IMG/VR virus record: IMGVR_UViG_3300037312_000330
Location: 96,001 to 160,000 of that record
DNA from: a virus
Taxonomy: Duplodnaviria > Caudoviricetes
Direction: 5' to 3' (one strand)
DNA: 64,000 nt
The position numbers were made by a program, and so were the translations under genes. The stretch's first letter is position 1. Every line of letters begins with the position of its first letter. Below are positions 17,236-26,422 of this stretch, piece by piece. Under the pieces are notes generated by a model that ran no database searches, was not told where the DNA came from, and worked only from the letters and a program-made list of their open reading frames with translations.

Positions 17236-17415
17236 ATGGACCTTGACAAATCGCAACAGAAAGAACTCAAAGCTGGTCGTGCGCAGATCCTGAAGTGCGC
17301 TCACTGCGGGAAAGAAGTTTACTACGGCAGCATGAACCTGCTGTCGCTAGCGATCATGAAACAGAAGCCGGCCTGTTCATATGAATGCAACAAGGCCCTA
17401 GGTCAAGTCGAATAG
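17236..17415 (+). CDS. small Cys-rich (zinc-binding) protein
   Basis: CAHC...CSYEC; ATG 17236. Confidence 0.65.
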   Translation: MDLDKSQQKELKAGRAQILKCAHCGKEVYYGSMNLLSLAIMKQKPACSYECNKALGQVE

Positions 17416-17428
17416 AAAGGAACACACA

Positions 17429-17671
17429 ATGGAACTGAACGGGAAAACCAATTCGGACTTGAGCACATTCCTGGATCTCAAGAGCAATAATGTGTGCATC
17501 AGCGTTTCGGTCCAGACGGATGCCCGAGTATCTCTGGACGATCTCAAGAAACTCGGCGCAGCAAGTGTCCAGTCCGAAAATCTGATCGAAGCCATTGTGG
17601 AAGAACTCGGAAGACACCTATACCCCGCTTTGCGCAAGCATCTCACGGACATTCTGAAGGATGTCCAATGA
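17429..17671 (+). CDS. hypothetical protein
   Basis: SD AAAGGA. Confidence 0.65.
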   Translation: MELNGKTNSDLSTFLDLKSNNVCISVSVQTDARVSLDDLKKLGAASVQSENLIEAIVEELGRHLYPALRKHLTDILKDVQ

Positions 17672-17952
17672 AATTCTTCGATGAAGCGAGCGGCGCAACT
17701 TTGCGCATGGACCGCTACTACGGATTCGGCGACGCTGGTGGACTCGCCGGTTCGTTCGAAGGATACGAATCAGTCGAAGCTGCCAAGCAGGCTATTGCAC
17801 CTGAACACGGGTACTTAGAAGAAGAGATCGCCTCCGAGCCAGAGCTCCTTGGTGCGGTCGCCATATGTGTGCTGTCCGGCCAACAGTACGTGGACCAACT
17901 GCAGAAAGCCGAACCCGGCAATCTGCGCATCTTTGGCTACTTTGTAGATTGA
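17668..17952 (+). CDS. hypothetical protein
   Basis: ATGA overlap. Confidence 0.65.
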   Translation: MKFFDEASGATLRMDRYYGFGDAGGLAGSFEGYESVEAAKQAIAPEHGYLEEEIASEPELLGAVAICVLSGQQYVDQLQKAEPGNLRIFGYFVD

Positions 17953-17984
17953 ACCCAACGATGTTCGGAAAGGTTAAGAACAAC

Positions 17985-18446
17985 ATGAGTCAGCAGCTTT
18001 CCTCTTTCGTGGCTCTCGTCTCATCCGAGAACATGATCCTGACCATCCAGCGTAGTCGCTTGGTCAAACACCCCGAACTGTGGGGGTTGCCTGGAGGTCG
18101 TGTCGAGCCCGGCGAAACCGTCCTGGAAGGTGGTGCCAGAGAATTTCAAGAAGAAACGGGCATCCCTCTCGACATCAACAAACACGGACACCTTACGATC
18201 CGATCTGGTTACAGATGGCACGTGACGTTCGTTCCGTGGACACCATCTGGTGCGGACGCGTCACGTCTCAACGAACTCCTGAATGGGAAGATGGCCAGCG
18301 ACGAAGTGATGGCCGTCAAGTGGAGGACTTTATCGGAGATCTACAGAATGACTGGATTGCACAAGAGCTTGGATGTCGTTGCAATGACCTTGCCGACCAT
18401 TCGCCCGAGCCTCTTCAATCTGCTCGTGACGCAAAACGAACTGTAA
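17985..18446 (+). CDS. Nudix hydrolase
   Basis: Nudix box GGRVEPGETVLEGGAREFQEETG. Confidence 0.9.
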   Translation: MSQQLSSFVALVSSENMILTIQRSRLVKHPELWGLPGGRVEPGETVLEGGAREFQEETGIPLDINKHGHLTIRSGYRWHVTFVPWTPSGADASRLNELLNGKMASDEVMAVKWRTLSEIYRMTGLHKSLDVVAMTLPTIRPSLFNLLVTQNEL

Positions 18447-18484
18447 ATAGTTCGTGCCAAGAACAACTTTAACCTCTTCATCTT

Positions 18485-18817
18485 ATGCCTCCGCATTTTG
18501 AATCCGAACAACTCCACCAAGAATGGATGCAAAACATCCGCAGCGAACTGATCGATGTCCATCGGAAGATCATCGCCACAAACGAGCGTTTTGCCAGAGG
18601 TGTCATCGTGATCATGGCACTGTGCGTCGTTAGCTACGTTTTTGCTGCATACTTTGGTATCAGCATCACCAGACCGATGGGTGGTCTCGTGATAAGCTCT
18701 CTATGCTTCCTCCACATCAAGTGGGACACTCGCTCGCAATACAGCGCAATCGAACATCTCGAAGACGTTGATCCGCGAACTGACGTTGCCCCTCTTCTCA
18801 CAAAGGAGATTCCTTGA
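18485..18817 (+). CDS. two-TM membrane protein
   Basis: Hydrophobic GVIVIMALCVVSYVFAAYFGI and GGLVISSLCFLHI. Confidence 0.65.
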   Translation: MPPHFESEQLHQEWMQNIRSELIDVHRKIIATNERFARGVIVIMALCVVSYVFAAYFGISITRPMGGLVISSLCFLHIKWDTRSQYSAIEHLEDVDPRTDVAPLLTKEIP

Positions 18818-19278
18818 ACAAGCATGCCAACAAGATCCGTCAAAGCGAGCCGTTGTGGATGCTCGGCGTTCGGGCTCCGTTCTTCAAAATGCCACAGTCC
18901 GCAGAACGGTACAACGTGCAGAACATTGTGCGCGGCGTGTGGGGTGACGAATCTGTCGCCATCGACAATCACTTGAAGTACGAATTCTACCACGACCGCT
19001 TCATGGTATGGCATCCCAACAAGTTCGAGCTTCTACTTCAGAAAGACCACTTGGGTGGCGATCTGGGTTGGGGGTCGAGCTTCGGACCTGCGATGCGCGA
19101 CAATTCCAGACGCGAGCGCATCATGCAGCTATTGTTCGACGAGTTGGTGGACTACTGTGCTATCACGGAGTTCACTAACGTGAGCAATGGATTCCCATGC
19201 TGGCACATAATGGGTTGGCTCAGGAATTTTGATCGCAAGACAGAGATGGCAAAGATCGAAAGGAACGTCCACGTATGA
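18814..19278 (+). CDS. hypothetical protein
   Basis: TTG start after AAGGAG, overlap. Confidence 0.7.
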   Translation: MNKHANKIRQSEPLWMLGVRAPFFKMPQSAERYNVQNIVRGVWGDESVAIDNHLKYEFYHDRFMVWHPNKFELLLQKDHLGGDLGWGSSFGPAMRDNSRRERIMQLLFDELVDYCAITEFTNVSNGFPCWHIMGWLRNFDRKTEMAKIERNVHV

Positions 19279-19697
19279 GCAAACACATCAATCTCGATCG
19301 AAAGTATCTCGCCTTCGTGCTGGATGGTGAGTCGCAACAGCGACTGTTGTCCAGGTGCCCAACCTTTCACCCGCGCATCATCGCTCACCACGTAACGCTG
19401 GAGTACGATAACATCTCTAAAATCGGTCTGGAGATGGTCGGCACCACGCCAAAAGTGTGGGTAATCGGAAGCGCACATAACAGAAAGGCACAGGCTGTTA
19501 TCGTATCTGTGAATGGTGCGATCGATCGCGCAGACCACAAGTACTTCCATGTTACTGTGTCGTTGGCAGAAAGTGCTAAAGAGGTCGACAGCAACGATGC
19601 CATCTTCGAGATGCGGAAGTTAGGTATTCCGATGCTATGGCAGAATGAACGCCTGCCACTGACGGGCACAGTCCAACTGCTGGACAAATCGTCATGA
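19275..19697 (+). CDS. 2H phosphoesterase family protein
   Basis: Two HxT motifs (HHVTL, FHVTV) about 55 aa apart. Confidence 0.75.
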   Translation: MSKHINLDRKYLAFVLDGESQQRLLSRCPTFHPRIIAHHVTLEYDNISKIGLEMVGTTPKVWVIGSAHNRKAQAVIVSVNGAIDRADHKYFHVTVSLAESAKEVDSNDAIFEMRKLGIPMLWQNERLPLTGTVQLLDKSS

Positions 19698-19709
19698 ACA
19701 GAGATCAAG

Positions 19710-20171
19710 ATGAAACGCAAGAAGGCAACCAACGTCGCGAACGTAGTGCCGTCCGTTCGGAAACCAAAGAAACTGAAGAACAAGACGGCAGCGCAGCGGA
19801 AACTCGACTCTGAGTGGGAGTCGATGTTAGCCAAGCACGCTGGTCCACTGGAGGCTGGACGCAAGGCCAAGGGCGCATTGCCAGAAGTCAAGGTGCCCAA
19901 CCACAAGAAGCGCAGCAAGCGAGTGGAGAACGTGAGCGTCGTTCCACCACTTACGATCCCTCCGGGTCGTGAGACGCCCAAGCTACCGTCGAAGGTAACT
20001 CCAGGCCACAGCACTGCCAAGAAGAATGAACAGACATACACCGGGACTGCGATGAAGGGCATCGGCCAGATGCACAAGAGTTCCGCAGTCCCGATCTTCA
20101 GCGACGAACATGCGGTTGAGATCGCGAACATGCGTCGGAACGAGTACACACGCGACCCCAAGAAAGGCTGA
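19710..20171 (+). CDS. conserved phage protein (YTG...MHKS.AVP...MRR motif)
   Basis: C-terminal YTGTAMKGIGQMHKSSAVPIF..A.EIANMRR recalled from T4-like phage hypotheticals. Confidence 0.65.
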   Translation: MKRKKATNVANVVPSVRKPKKLKNKTAAQRKLDSEWESMLAKHAGPLEAGRKAKGALPEVKVPNHKKRSKRVENVSVVPPLTIPPGRETPKLPSKVTPGHSTAKKNEQTYTGTAMKGIGQMHKSSAVPIFSDEHAVEIANMRRNEYTRDPKKG

Positions 20172-20173
20172 TC

Positions 20174-20617
20174 ATGAGTTTTCGCGGATCTAACGACAAG
20201 AACCAGTTCATGGAAGACGATGAACTTTCCATGAAGGTGACGAACTTCACTATCATGCTACTGCGGTACGCTGATGGTTCGCCGCTCAAGTTCGACATGG
20301 GCTCGCACGCGGAGCAGTTCTTTGCGATGCATCTGAAGGCAGACGCTCAGGAAATCGTCAACAAGCACATCAGCAAACCGGCCGATCTCAGCGAAGACAG
20401 GGACGATGCTATCGCGCGCATTCGTCGGGAGTTAGAAGCTGACGCCCTCAAGGGCCGCAATGCTCGTCGCAATCTCGCCAAATTGGCGGAGGCAGTGAGT
20501 GACGCTCTGACTGATGAAGAGATCGTCAAAGAGTTCGGCGAGTGGCTCCTTGCCAACTACGACATCGACGATTGGTATCTGATTCCGATCGCCACCCTCG
20601 ACGTCAAAGAGATCTAA
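20174..20617 (+). CDS. hypothetical protein
   Basis: ORF track. Confidence 0.75.
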   Translation: MSFRGSNDKNQFMEDDELSMKVTNFTIMLLRYADGSPLKFDMGSHAEQFFAMHLKADAQEIVNKHISKPADLSEDRDDAIARIRRELEADALKGRNARRNLAKLAEAVSDALTDEEIVKEFGEWLLANYDIDDWYLIPIATLDVKEI

Positions 20618-20618
20618 A

Positions 20619-20855
20619 ATGCGCAAGTCCCAAGAAGAAGTCCTCAGAGAGCGCAACTTTGCTCTCGGAGAGATGCGCTCCTTGCTACAGCAGTGCGAAC
20701 AGAAGATGGCGTTCATCATCGGTGCTACTCCTTCGGATTCGGACCGCAACGCGCTGTCCACCATAAATATCGATCTGATGCGATTGGAGGAGAAGTACCT
20801 ACGAATCGTGTCCTACATACTCAACGCTCGTCAGGGAGCCGGCACGCCCGATTGA
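20619..20855 (+). CDS. small coiled-coil protein
   Basis: ORF abutting previous stop. Confidence 0.65.
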   Translation: MRKSQEEVLRERNFALGEMRSLLQQCEQKMAFIIGATPSDSDRNALSTINIDLMRLEEKYLRIVSYILNARQGAGTPD

Positions 20856-20898
20856 GCTTCAACAAGTGCCACATCCACGAAGGAAAGAGGAAGTTAGA

Positions 20899-21159
20899 AT
20901 GCATGCTCTCGATATCAGCACGTCCAAAACCAACGAAAAGAAGCGCACCCTTCCGGGCGTGTCTCGCGGCTTCGCCACAATGGATCCGTTGAAACAACGC
21001 GAAATCGCCAGTCTCGGTGGCAAGACAGCCCACCAAAAAGGCACCGCACACACCTGGAACAGCGACACGGCCCGTGAAGCTGGGCGGAAAGCGGCTGCGG
21101 CTCGAGCCCGCAATCGCGCTGCAAAGCGCGCGATCCAGCAGCAACAGACGCAAGCCTGA
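20899..21159 (+). CDS. KGG-motif general stress protein (YciG/GsiB-like)
   Basis: RGFATMDPLKQREIASLGGKTAH...AREAGRK. Confidence 0.85.
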   Translation: MHALDISTSKTNEKKRTLPGVSRGFATMDPLKQREIASLGGKTAHQKGTAHTWNSDTAREAGRKAAAARARNRAAKRAIQQQQTQA

Positions 21160-21167
21160 CTCTGGGA

Positions 21168-21191
21168 AGCAGGAGGGGAGTCCCTCCTGCT
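21168..21191 (+). terminator. hairpin terminator
   Basis: AGCAGGAGGG / CCCTCCTGCT, 10-bp stem. Confidence 0.6.
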
Positions 21192-21287
21192 GGAGGAGAC
21201 AAACAGAAGTTGTAAATAGTAGGGTAGGCCAGTTTACTGGCAGTCTAATCTTCGCTTTATACACTAACTTTAACCACGGAGACGACT

Positions 21288-21875
21288 ATGACGGTCAATG
21301 CTTCTCGCCACATTCTTGGTTCCATCACATCGAAGGCGGGTCGTACGTTCACGTATCACGGCAGCGGGTACACATATTATCTTCACAAAACCACGAAAGA
21401 CATCTGGGCCAAACTGCAGATCGCTCGCAAGACGATGCAGCAGTTCCTCAAGAGTGTCGGCCTGTCCTTCGAATCTGCGCGCAAGCTGAGCGCTCTCGAT
21501 GGTGTCGAAGTGTGCGAGCAAGGCAGTGGTGGATGGTACGAAGTGTTCGTCATAGACGAACGCAAGTTGTTCGCCGTCATCAACTTCATCAAGAAATTGA
21601 ATCGCTTCATGAATGGAGCTTCCACGCAACATCAACTCGTACGCAAGGGTCACTATTTCATCGAGACCCGGAAGTACGAACACACGCCGTCTCGGAATGC
21701 GCGGGAACTTCCTGGCGGGCCGATCGTTGCGCCAATCGTCGCCTTTCCGCAGCAGCAGAAGACCGTCACGCACAAACCCAACATGCCATTCCAGAGTCTG
21801 CAATCGCAACGTAAAGCCAGTGACCTGCGGCTCCAACAGTTGGCACTGACAGTCAACACCAGATACGGACACTGA
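21288..21875 (+). CDS. hypothetical protein
   Basis: SD GGAG; ORF track. Confidence 0.75.
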   Translation: MTVNASRHILGSITSKAGRTFTYHGSGYTYYLHKTTKDIWAKLQIARKTMQQFLKSVGLSFESARKLSALDGVEVCEQGSGGWYEVFVIDERKLFAVINFIKKLNRFMNGASTQHQLVRKGHYFIETRKYEHTPSRNARELPGGPIVAPIVAFPQQQKTVTHKPNMPFQSLQSQRKASDLRLQQLALTVNTRYGH

Positions 21876-21885
21876 AAGGAATGCA

Positions 21886-22314
21886 ATGACCGAAGTGGTC
21901 GAGCCGGTCTTAGTCCCTGACACGACTAAGGAGAAAGATCCCAAGTTCAAGGACTTTCTCAAAATCCTTACCCCAACGCAAGGGAAGCAGGATCCGACAC
22001 CAGAGGAGCCGCCCATGTGGGCAGTGATCCTCTGGAACGACAACAGCACGAACCCATACTTTGTGCTCAAGATCTTGATCGAAGCGTTCAAGATCAGTCG
22101 CGAGCCTGCGTGGAACATCGTGATGTCCACACATCGAGGCACGCGCAACGTGGTGGCTGTCATGTCTAAGGACGAGGCAGAAACGCGTCTCATGAACGCG
22201 GAATCCATGATCCAACAAGCACAACCGGATGTGGATTGGTACACACGACATAGTCCTCATTGTGAACTGAAGTTCACCATCGAGGAAGAAACCAAGGGAG
22301 ACAATCGTGCGTGA
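21886..22314 (+). CDS. clpS: ClpS-like Clp protease adaptor
   Basis: PPMWAVILWNDNST..FV...F......A..I.M.TH...V.....AETR, C-terminal LKFTIEE. Confidence 0.8.
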   Translation: MTEVVEPVLVPDTTKEKDPKFKDFLKILTPTQGKQDPTPEEPPMWAVILWNDNSTNPYFVLKILIEAFKISREPAWNIVMSTHRGTRNVVAVMSKDEAETRLMNAESMIQQAQPDVDWYTRHSPHCELKFTIEEETKGDNRA

Positions 22315-22501
22315 CCAAGTCAAGCCGGTACTGCTGGGCGTCCTCGCAGTGTTAATCGTTTTCGCCTTCGCATGGGTCTTGGATCCGACGTCCGCGATGA
22401 TGCACCAACAACACACGATCCGCCGGGGTGGCACGTTTATCGCCTACGTTGGCGTGTTCTGGGTCGTCTTCATCACAAATCAACCAAGGAGCAAGTCATG
22501 A
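22307..22501 (+). CDS. small membrane protein
   Basis: Two hydrophobic segments. Confidence 0.65.
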   Translation: MRDQVKPVLLGVLAVLIVFAFAWVLDPTSAMMHQQHTIRRGGTFIAYVGVFWVVFITNQPRSKS

Positions 22502-23058
22502 CACTTCCGTTGCCGTTCGCCTTCCAGGATCGCGAGCCGGTCATCCTGAAACTCGGACCTGCGATTGACTTCGCAGCTCTCAAAGCCAAGGAGGATGCCG
22601 AGAAGCAAGCGCAAGCGATCTCCGAAGACACGCAACGTCAATACGATCCGTGGTTCACGTTGCCTCCGTTCGTGAAGAATCAGCGAGTGTGGGTATGGCG
22701 CGTCTGTTCCCACCAGATCCACGGTCGAACCCGTGTTCGGAACGAACAACACGAGTATCCGTACGCAGCTTACGTCGAGGAAGTCGATAGCGAAAGGCAA
22801 ACCTGCAAGTTGGTGCTATCGAATAGCATCATTCCGGATATTCCTTGGGCTGACATCATGAAGGAGAATCCTCATCCCAAAGTGGGCACGCTAAAGACAG
22901 AGTCCGATGAAGGGGATGACGCAGAAGACACCAGCTTCGCTCTCAAGGAGAAGAAAAAGAAGGCAGCGGTCAAGTGCACACCGAAGGTCAGGAAGATGTG
23001 GATCTGTCCTCACTGCGACGGAACGCGAATGACCTGCGTGTGCGACGATGACGATTGA
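22498..23058 (+). CDS. hypothetical protein, C-terminal CxxC..CxC
   Basis: ATG 22498 after AAGGAG. Confidence 0.7.
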   Translation: MTLPLPFAFQDREPVILKLGPAIDFAALKAKEDAEKQAQAISEDTQRQYDPWFTLPPFVKNQRVWVWRVCSHQIHGRTRVRNEQHEYPYAAYVEEVDSERQTCKLVLSNSIIPDIPWADIMKENPHPKVGTLKTESDEGDDAEDTSFALKEKKKKAAVKCTPKVRKMWICPHCDGTRMTCVCDDDD

Positions 23059-23075
23059 TTTCAACAAGGAGCAAC

Positions 23076-23939
23076 ATGGCTGAAAACGCACTCCAAGTCC
23101 AGATCGCTGCGGCGGAGCAGCGTCTGGCACAAGTACCTGCCATCGCGCAGAAGTACGGAACTGCGATCAAGTGGGGTGTCGGTGGTGCCGCGTGCATCGT
23201 TGCTGCTCCGTTCGTTCTCGCTGGTATCGGCGGCTTGATCGGAGGCACGATTCTCGTCGCAGGCATGTACGTAGTCACACAGGCAGCTCCAGTCTTTGCG
23301 CGTCGCGTGCAGAATACGAAGCAGGAGATGCTGATGGCCGAAGCGAATCTCCACTTGGCAGCTCTTAAAGCTGAAGCACGCAAAAACCCGATAGAGACAC
23401 TGCAGAATGTGTATCGAGAGAAGGAAACGGCCCTCAGTGCGACATCGGACAAGATCCACAAGTTCGCGACCAAGGTCAACAACTACGGCCTCAACCTGAA
23501 GAACTTCAAGCGTGACTTCCCGGAAGACGCGCCGATGTTCGATCAAGAATACGCTGCGTGGCAACAACTTCTCGCGCAACGCAAAGCCAAATGGGAAGAG
23601 GCACGTCTTGGTCTCGAGAAGTTCGCCAAGGAGATCACCCGCGCCAACGCGATCTGGGAGATGACACAGGCAACTGCCGAGCTTCGCCAAGCCGCAGGAG
23701 ATCTCGAAGAAACGTTCCTTCAGCGCATTCGCAAGGAAACCGCCCTGGACGCTGTGCAGCAATCGCTGGCCGCTAGCATGGCCGATCTGGATCAGATGAT
23801 GATGGTCGAGATCCCCATCGGCGCGCGACAGCAAGCTGCTCTGCAGAACAATCCGTCTTTGACGATGGACGTCCAGCCACGCATCGTCAACACTGTCTCC
23901 GTTGAAGCGACTTCGCGTCGCGATGGGTTCAGCAAGTGA
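23076..23939 (+). CDS. membrane-anchored coiled-coil protein
   Basis: Gly-rich hydrophobic hairpin near N-terminus then long heptad-rich helical region; SD AAGGAG. Confidence 0.75.
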   Translation: MAENALQVQIAAAEQRLAQVPAIAQKYGTAIKWGVGGAACIVAAPFVLAGIGGLIGGTILVAGMYVVTQAAPVFARRVQNTKQEMLMAEANLHLAALKAEARKNPIETLQNVYREKETALSATSDKIHKFATKVNNYGLNLKNFKRDFPEDAPMFDQEYAAWQQLLAQRKAKWEEARLGLEKFAKEITRANAIWEMTQATAELRQAAGDLEETFLQRIRKETALDAVQQSLAASMADLDQMMMVEIPIGARQQAALQNNPSLTMDVQPRIVNTVSVEATSRRDGFSK

Positions 23940-24085
23940 AATATCGCATCATCACCACTGTCGTGGCGATCATCCTTCTGGTGATCGTCTTCGCAATCAA
24001 CATCGGTCACAAGGAGAACACGACCACCAACCAAGCACCTGCATCTACGGAGGAGTCCGGTTCCTATCAAGGACTCGGCAAGTAA
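23936..24085 (+). CDS. 49-aa bitopic membrane protein
   Basis: MKYRIITTVVAIILLVIVFAINIG...; GTGA overlap. Confidence 0.6.
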   Translation: MKYRIITTVVAIILLVIVFAINIGHKENTTTNQAPASTEESGSYQGLGK

Positions 24086-24117
24086 GTCTTCACCCTATCA
24101 ACTTCAAACTGAAACAC

Positions 24118-25062
24118 ATGAAACGAATTTTCCACATCGTCGCACTGATCTGCGGTCTCGTTGCCGGTTCGGCATTCGCCCAATCCGAGCAATTCATCGT
24201 CGCAGGTGGCGGCGGTGCCAAGAACGGCAGCGTCTATTCGACTGTCATCGGTGAGTTCGCCACTGTCTGCAATGGGCCGTCCGATCTCAACATCATCGAG
24301 CAGAACACCAAGGGCGGCACCGAGAATCTAGAATTGCTGCGCACGAACAAGGTAAATGGGGCGATCATCCCAACCGACCTGTACCTCGCAGCCAAGATGG
24401 ACAACCCGACCTCTGTCACCAACCTGCGAACGCTGTTCACCCTCCACAACGAGGACACACTGTTCATCGCAAGGGCTGACGCGAAATTCGAGGGCGGCGT
24501 CACCGTGTTCGGTCACAACGTCGGTGGCGACAAGGTCGAATACAATACGGTGGAATCGCTGAAGGGGCGTCCTGTCGGCGCTGTCGGCGGATCGGTGGTC
24601 ACCGCTCGCATCACGAGCGACATGCTCCAACTTGGTCTGAAGATCATGTCGTTCACGGCGACGAAGGACATGCTCACCGCCCTGGAAAACCACCAGATCG
24701 ATGCCGTGGTCATCAGTGCTGGCAAGGATTCGCCTGCCGTGAAGAGCCTCCCTGCGGGCAAGTTCAAGATTCTACCTCTCCGTGCGAACGAGGCGCTCGC
24801 CCGTGTCTACAAACCGACGAAGGCTCAGTACCTGAACCTGAACGAAGGTCGCGCTGTGGACACGTTGACTGCTCGTGCCAATTTCATGGTTCGAACTCTC
24901 CGTTCGTCGCAGGCGCTTAACAAACTCGCGAAGCTCCGCAAGTGCTTCGTCGATAACTTGGCAGCAATCCAGGACAAGAACGGCACCGCAGCAGCTTGGC
25001 AAGATGTCGACGTCAACGATCGCGGCCGTGCCGAATGGTACGATCTTCCTGCCGTCAAGTAA
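24118..25062 (+). CDS. TAXI-type periplasmic solute-binding protein
   Basis: Signal peptide ending AFA-Q; TKGGTENLELL, LFTLHNE, SLKGRPVGAVGGS motifs of TAXI/type-2 PBPs. Confidence 0.75.
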   Translation: MKRIFHIVALICGLVAGSAFAQSEQFIVAGGGGAKNGSVYSTVIGEFATVCNGPSDLNIIEQNTKGGTENLELLRTNKVNGAIIPTDLYLAAKMDNPTSVTNLRTLFTLHNEDTLFIARADAKFEGGVTVFGHNVGGDKVEYNTVESLKGRPVGAVGGSVVTARITSDMLQLGLKIMSFTATKDMLTALENHQIDAVVISAGKDSPAVKSLPAGKFKILPLRANEALARVYKPTKAQYLNLNEGRAVDTLTARANFMVRTLRSSQALNKLAKLRKCFVDNLAAIQDKNGTAAAWQDVDVNDRGRAEWYDLPAVK

Positions 25063-25070
25063 ACAACCTA

Positions 25071-25105
25071 AGAGGCCCCTACGTTGTAAAGTAGTGGCCT
25101 CTTTT
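25071..25105 (+). terminator. intrinsic terminator
   Basis: AGAGGCC-C-CTAC / GTAG-T-GGCCTCT then TTT. Confidence 0.7.
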
Positions 25106-25113
25106 CATTAACC

Positions 25114-25353
25114 ATGCGACACATACCACTCGTCCTGCGATTCATTTGCTACTTGGCAATCTGTACCTTCATCGCCAAGGCTCTACACGTTACTGTGTGG
25201 AGTTCGCTCTTGCACTTCTTCTTTCTAGTTGGCAGCTTTGCTGCCTATGTAGGAACAGCGTGGATCCACTTGGCTCTGGAGAAGTTGTGGTATGGTGATC
25301 GAAGCATCAGGATACTGAAGGAAGCAGTGAAGGCCGCGGAGCAAGAAGAATGA
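25114..25353 (+). CDS. membrane protein
   Basis: Hydrophobic ORF. Confidence 0.6.
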   Translation: MRHIPLVLRFICYLAICTFIAKALHVTVWSSLLHFFFLVGSFAAYVGTAWIHLALEKLWYGDRSIRILKEAVKAAEQEE

Positions 25354-25622
25354 CCAACATCCTCGAACAAATCAAACGCTGGTTGGAGCGTAAACTCAAC
25401 GGACCCACCATCAACGAGACAGTGCAGCGTCTGCGAGAAGAACACACGCGCACAGTTCAACATTCCGTGAACACCATCTACTCTCACGCATTCCAAGAGC
25501 ACATGGCGCGCTCGCAGCTCAAAGCATTGGAAGCGTGGGAAGCCCAACAACCTGAAGAAATCCTGTCGCAAGCGTACAGGCCCGCGATCCTGTCCAGACT
25601 GGAAGGATCCCAAGGGAGCTAA
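25350..25622 (+). CDS. hypothetical protein
   Basis: ATGA overlap. Confidence 0.65.
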   Translation: MTNILEQIKRWLERKLNGPTINETVQRLREEHTRTVQHSVNTIYSHAFQEHMARSQLKALEAWEAQQPEEILSQAYRPAILSRLEGSQGS

Positions 25623-25623
25623 G

Positions 25624-26163
25624 TTGAAACCCATTCTTGATATTAGTAAAAAGACAAGCTTCACTGTGTGGGAATCGTGTGTCTGGAGAGACACGTTCTC
25701 GTCCAGCGTTATCGTTGGTGACCAGAATTCCGGCAAGATGCAGGTGATCTACGATAGGGATCCTACGCGAAGCGCGACTCATGCTCTTTTCTATGCCAAC
25801 GTAGGCATCATTCTGGCTGGATGCTTCATCAGCAAACCTACGAAGAGTCATAGCAACTGCCTAGTGCGCGTGGAGCTTGTTCGAATCGAGACACTAGCAA
25901 CAAAGCAAGTGCAAGGACACACTGTTCCAGACGCAAAGCTGGCTCCTCTTTTCTTGACTAGCACTCCGAGAAACCTCCCAATGGACGGAGAAGAAATGGA
26001 CGAACGAGAGTTCGATCAAATCCTCAAGTCGTTTGAGGAACTACCCTCCATTCCAAATGCGCGAGAGATGATGGTCCAGGCAATCAGCAAGGCAACCACA
26101 CCACCCAGCAAGCAGAAGATGTTCTGGGGGATTCCAAGGCAGAAGATCGAACAGGACTACTGA
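25624..26163 (+). CDS. hypothetical protein
   Basis: TTG start after GGGAG. Confidence 0.7.
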   Translation: MKPILDISKKTSFTVWESCVWRDTFSSSVIVGDQNSGKMQVIYDRDPTRSATHALFYANVGIILAGCFISKPTKSHSNCLVRVELVRIETLATKQVQGHTVPDAKLAPLFLTSTPRNLPMDGEEMDEREFDQILKSFEELPSIPNAREMMVQAISKATTPPSKQKMFWGIPRQKIEQDY

Positions 26164-26164
26164 C

Positions 26165-26422
26165 ATGGGTAAGGTTCACCACATATCAACCGCAACCTTC
26201 AAAGAACCAAGTTTTCCAGGAATCATTGGATACCGTCCATTACCACTGCCGATGAATCGGGAACAGATCAAGATGCTGCCCTATGACGTCTTGGTGGCGG
26301 AGATCCGTCACTACATGACCATCGTCGAACAGAAACAGGAATGGAAACGCAAACGCAATGAGATGCTCGGCCTGAAAGGAAGGAAGAATGCGAGTCTTCA
26401 ATCTCGAAAGCCTAACAACTGA
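26165..26422 (+). CDS. hypothetical protein
   Basis: ORF track. Confidence 0.6.
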   Translation: MGKVHHISTATFKEPSFPGIIGYRPLPLPMNREQIKMLPYDVLVAEIRHYMTIVEQKQEWKRKRNEMLGLKGRKNASLQSRKPNN

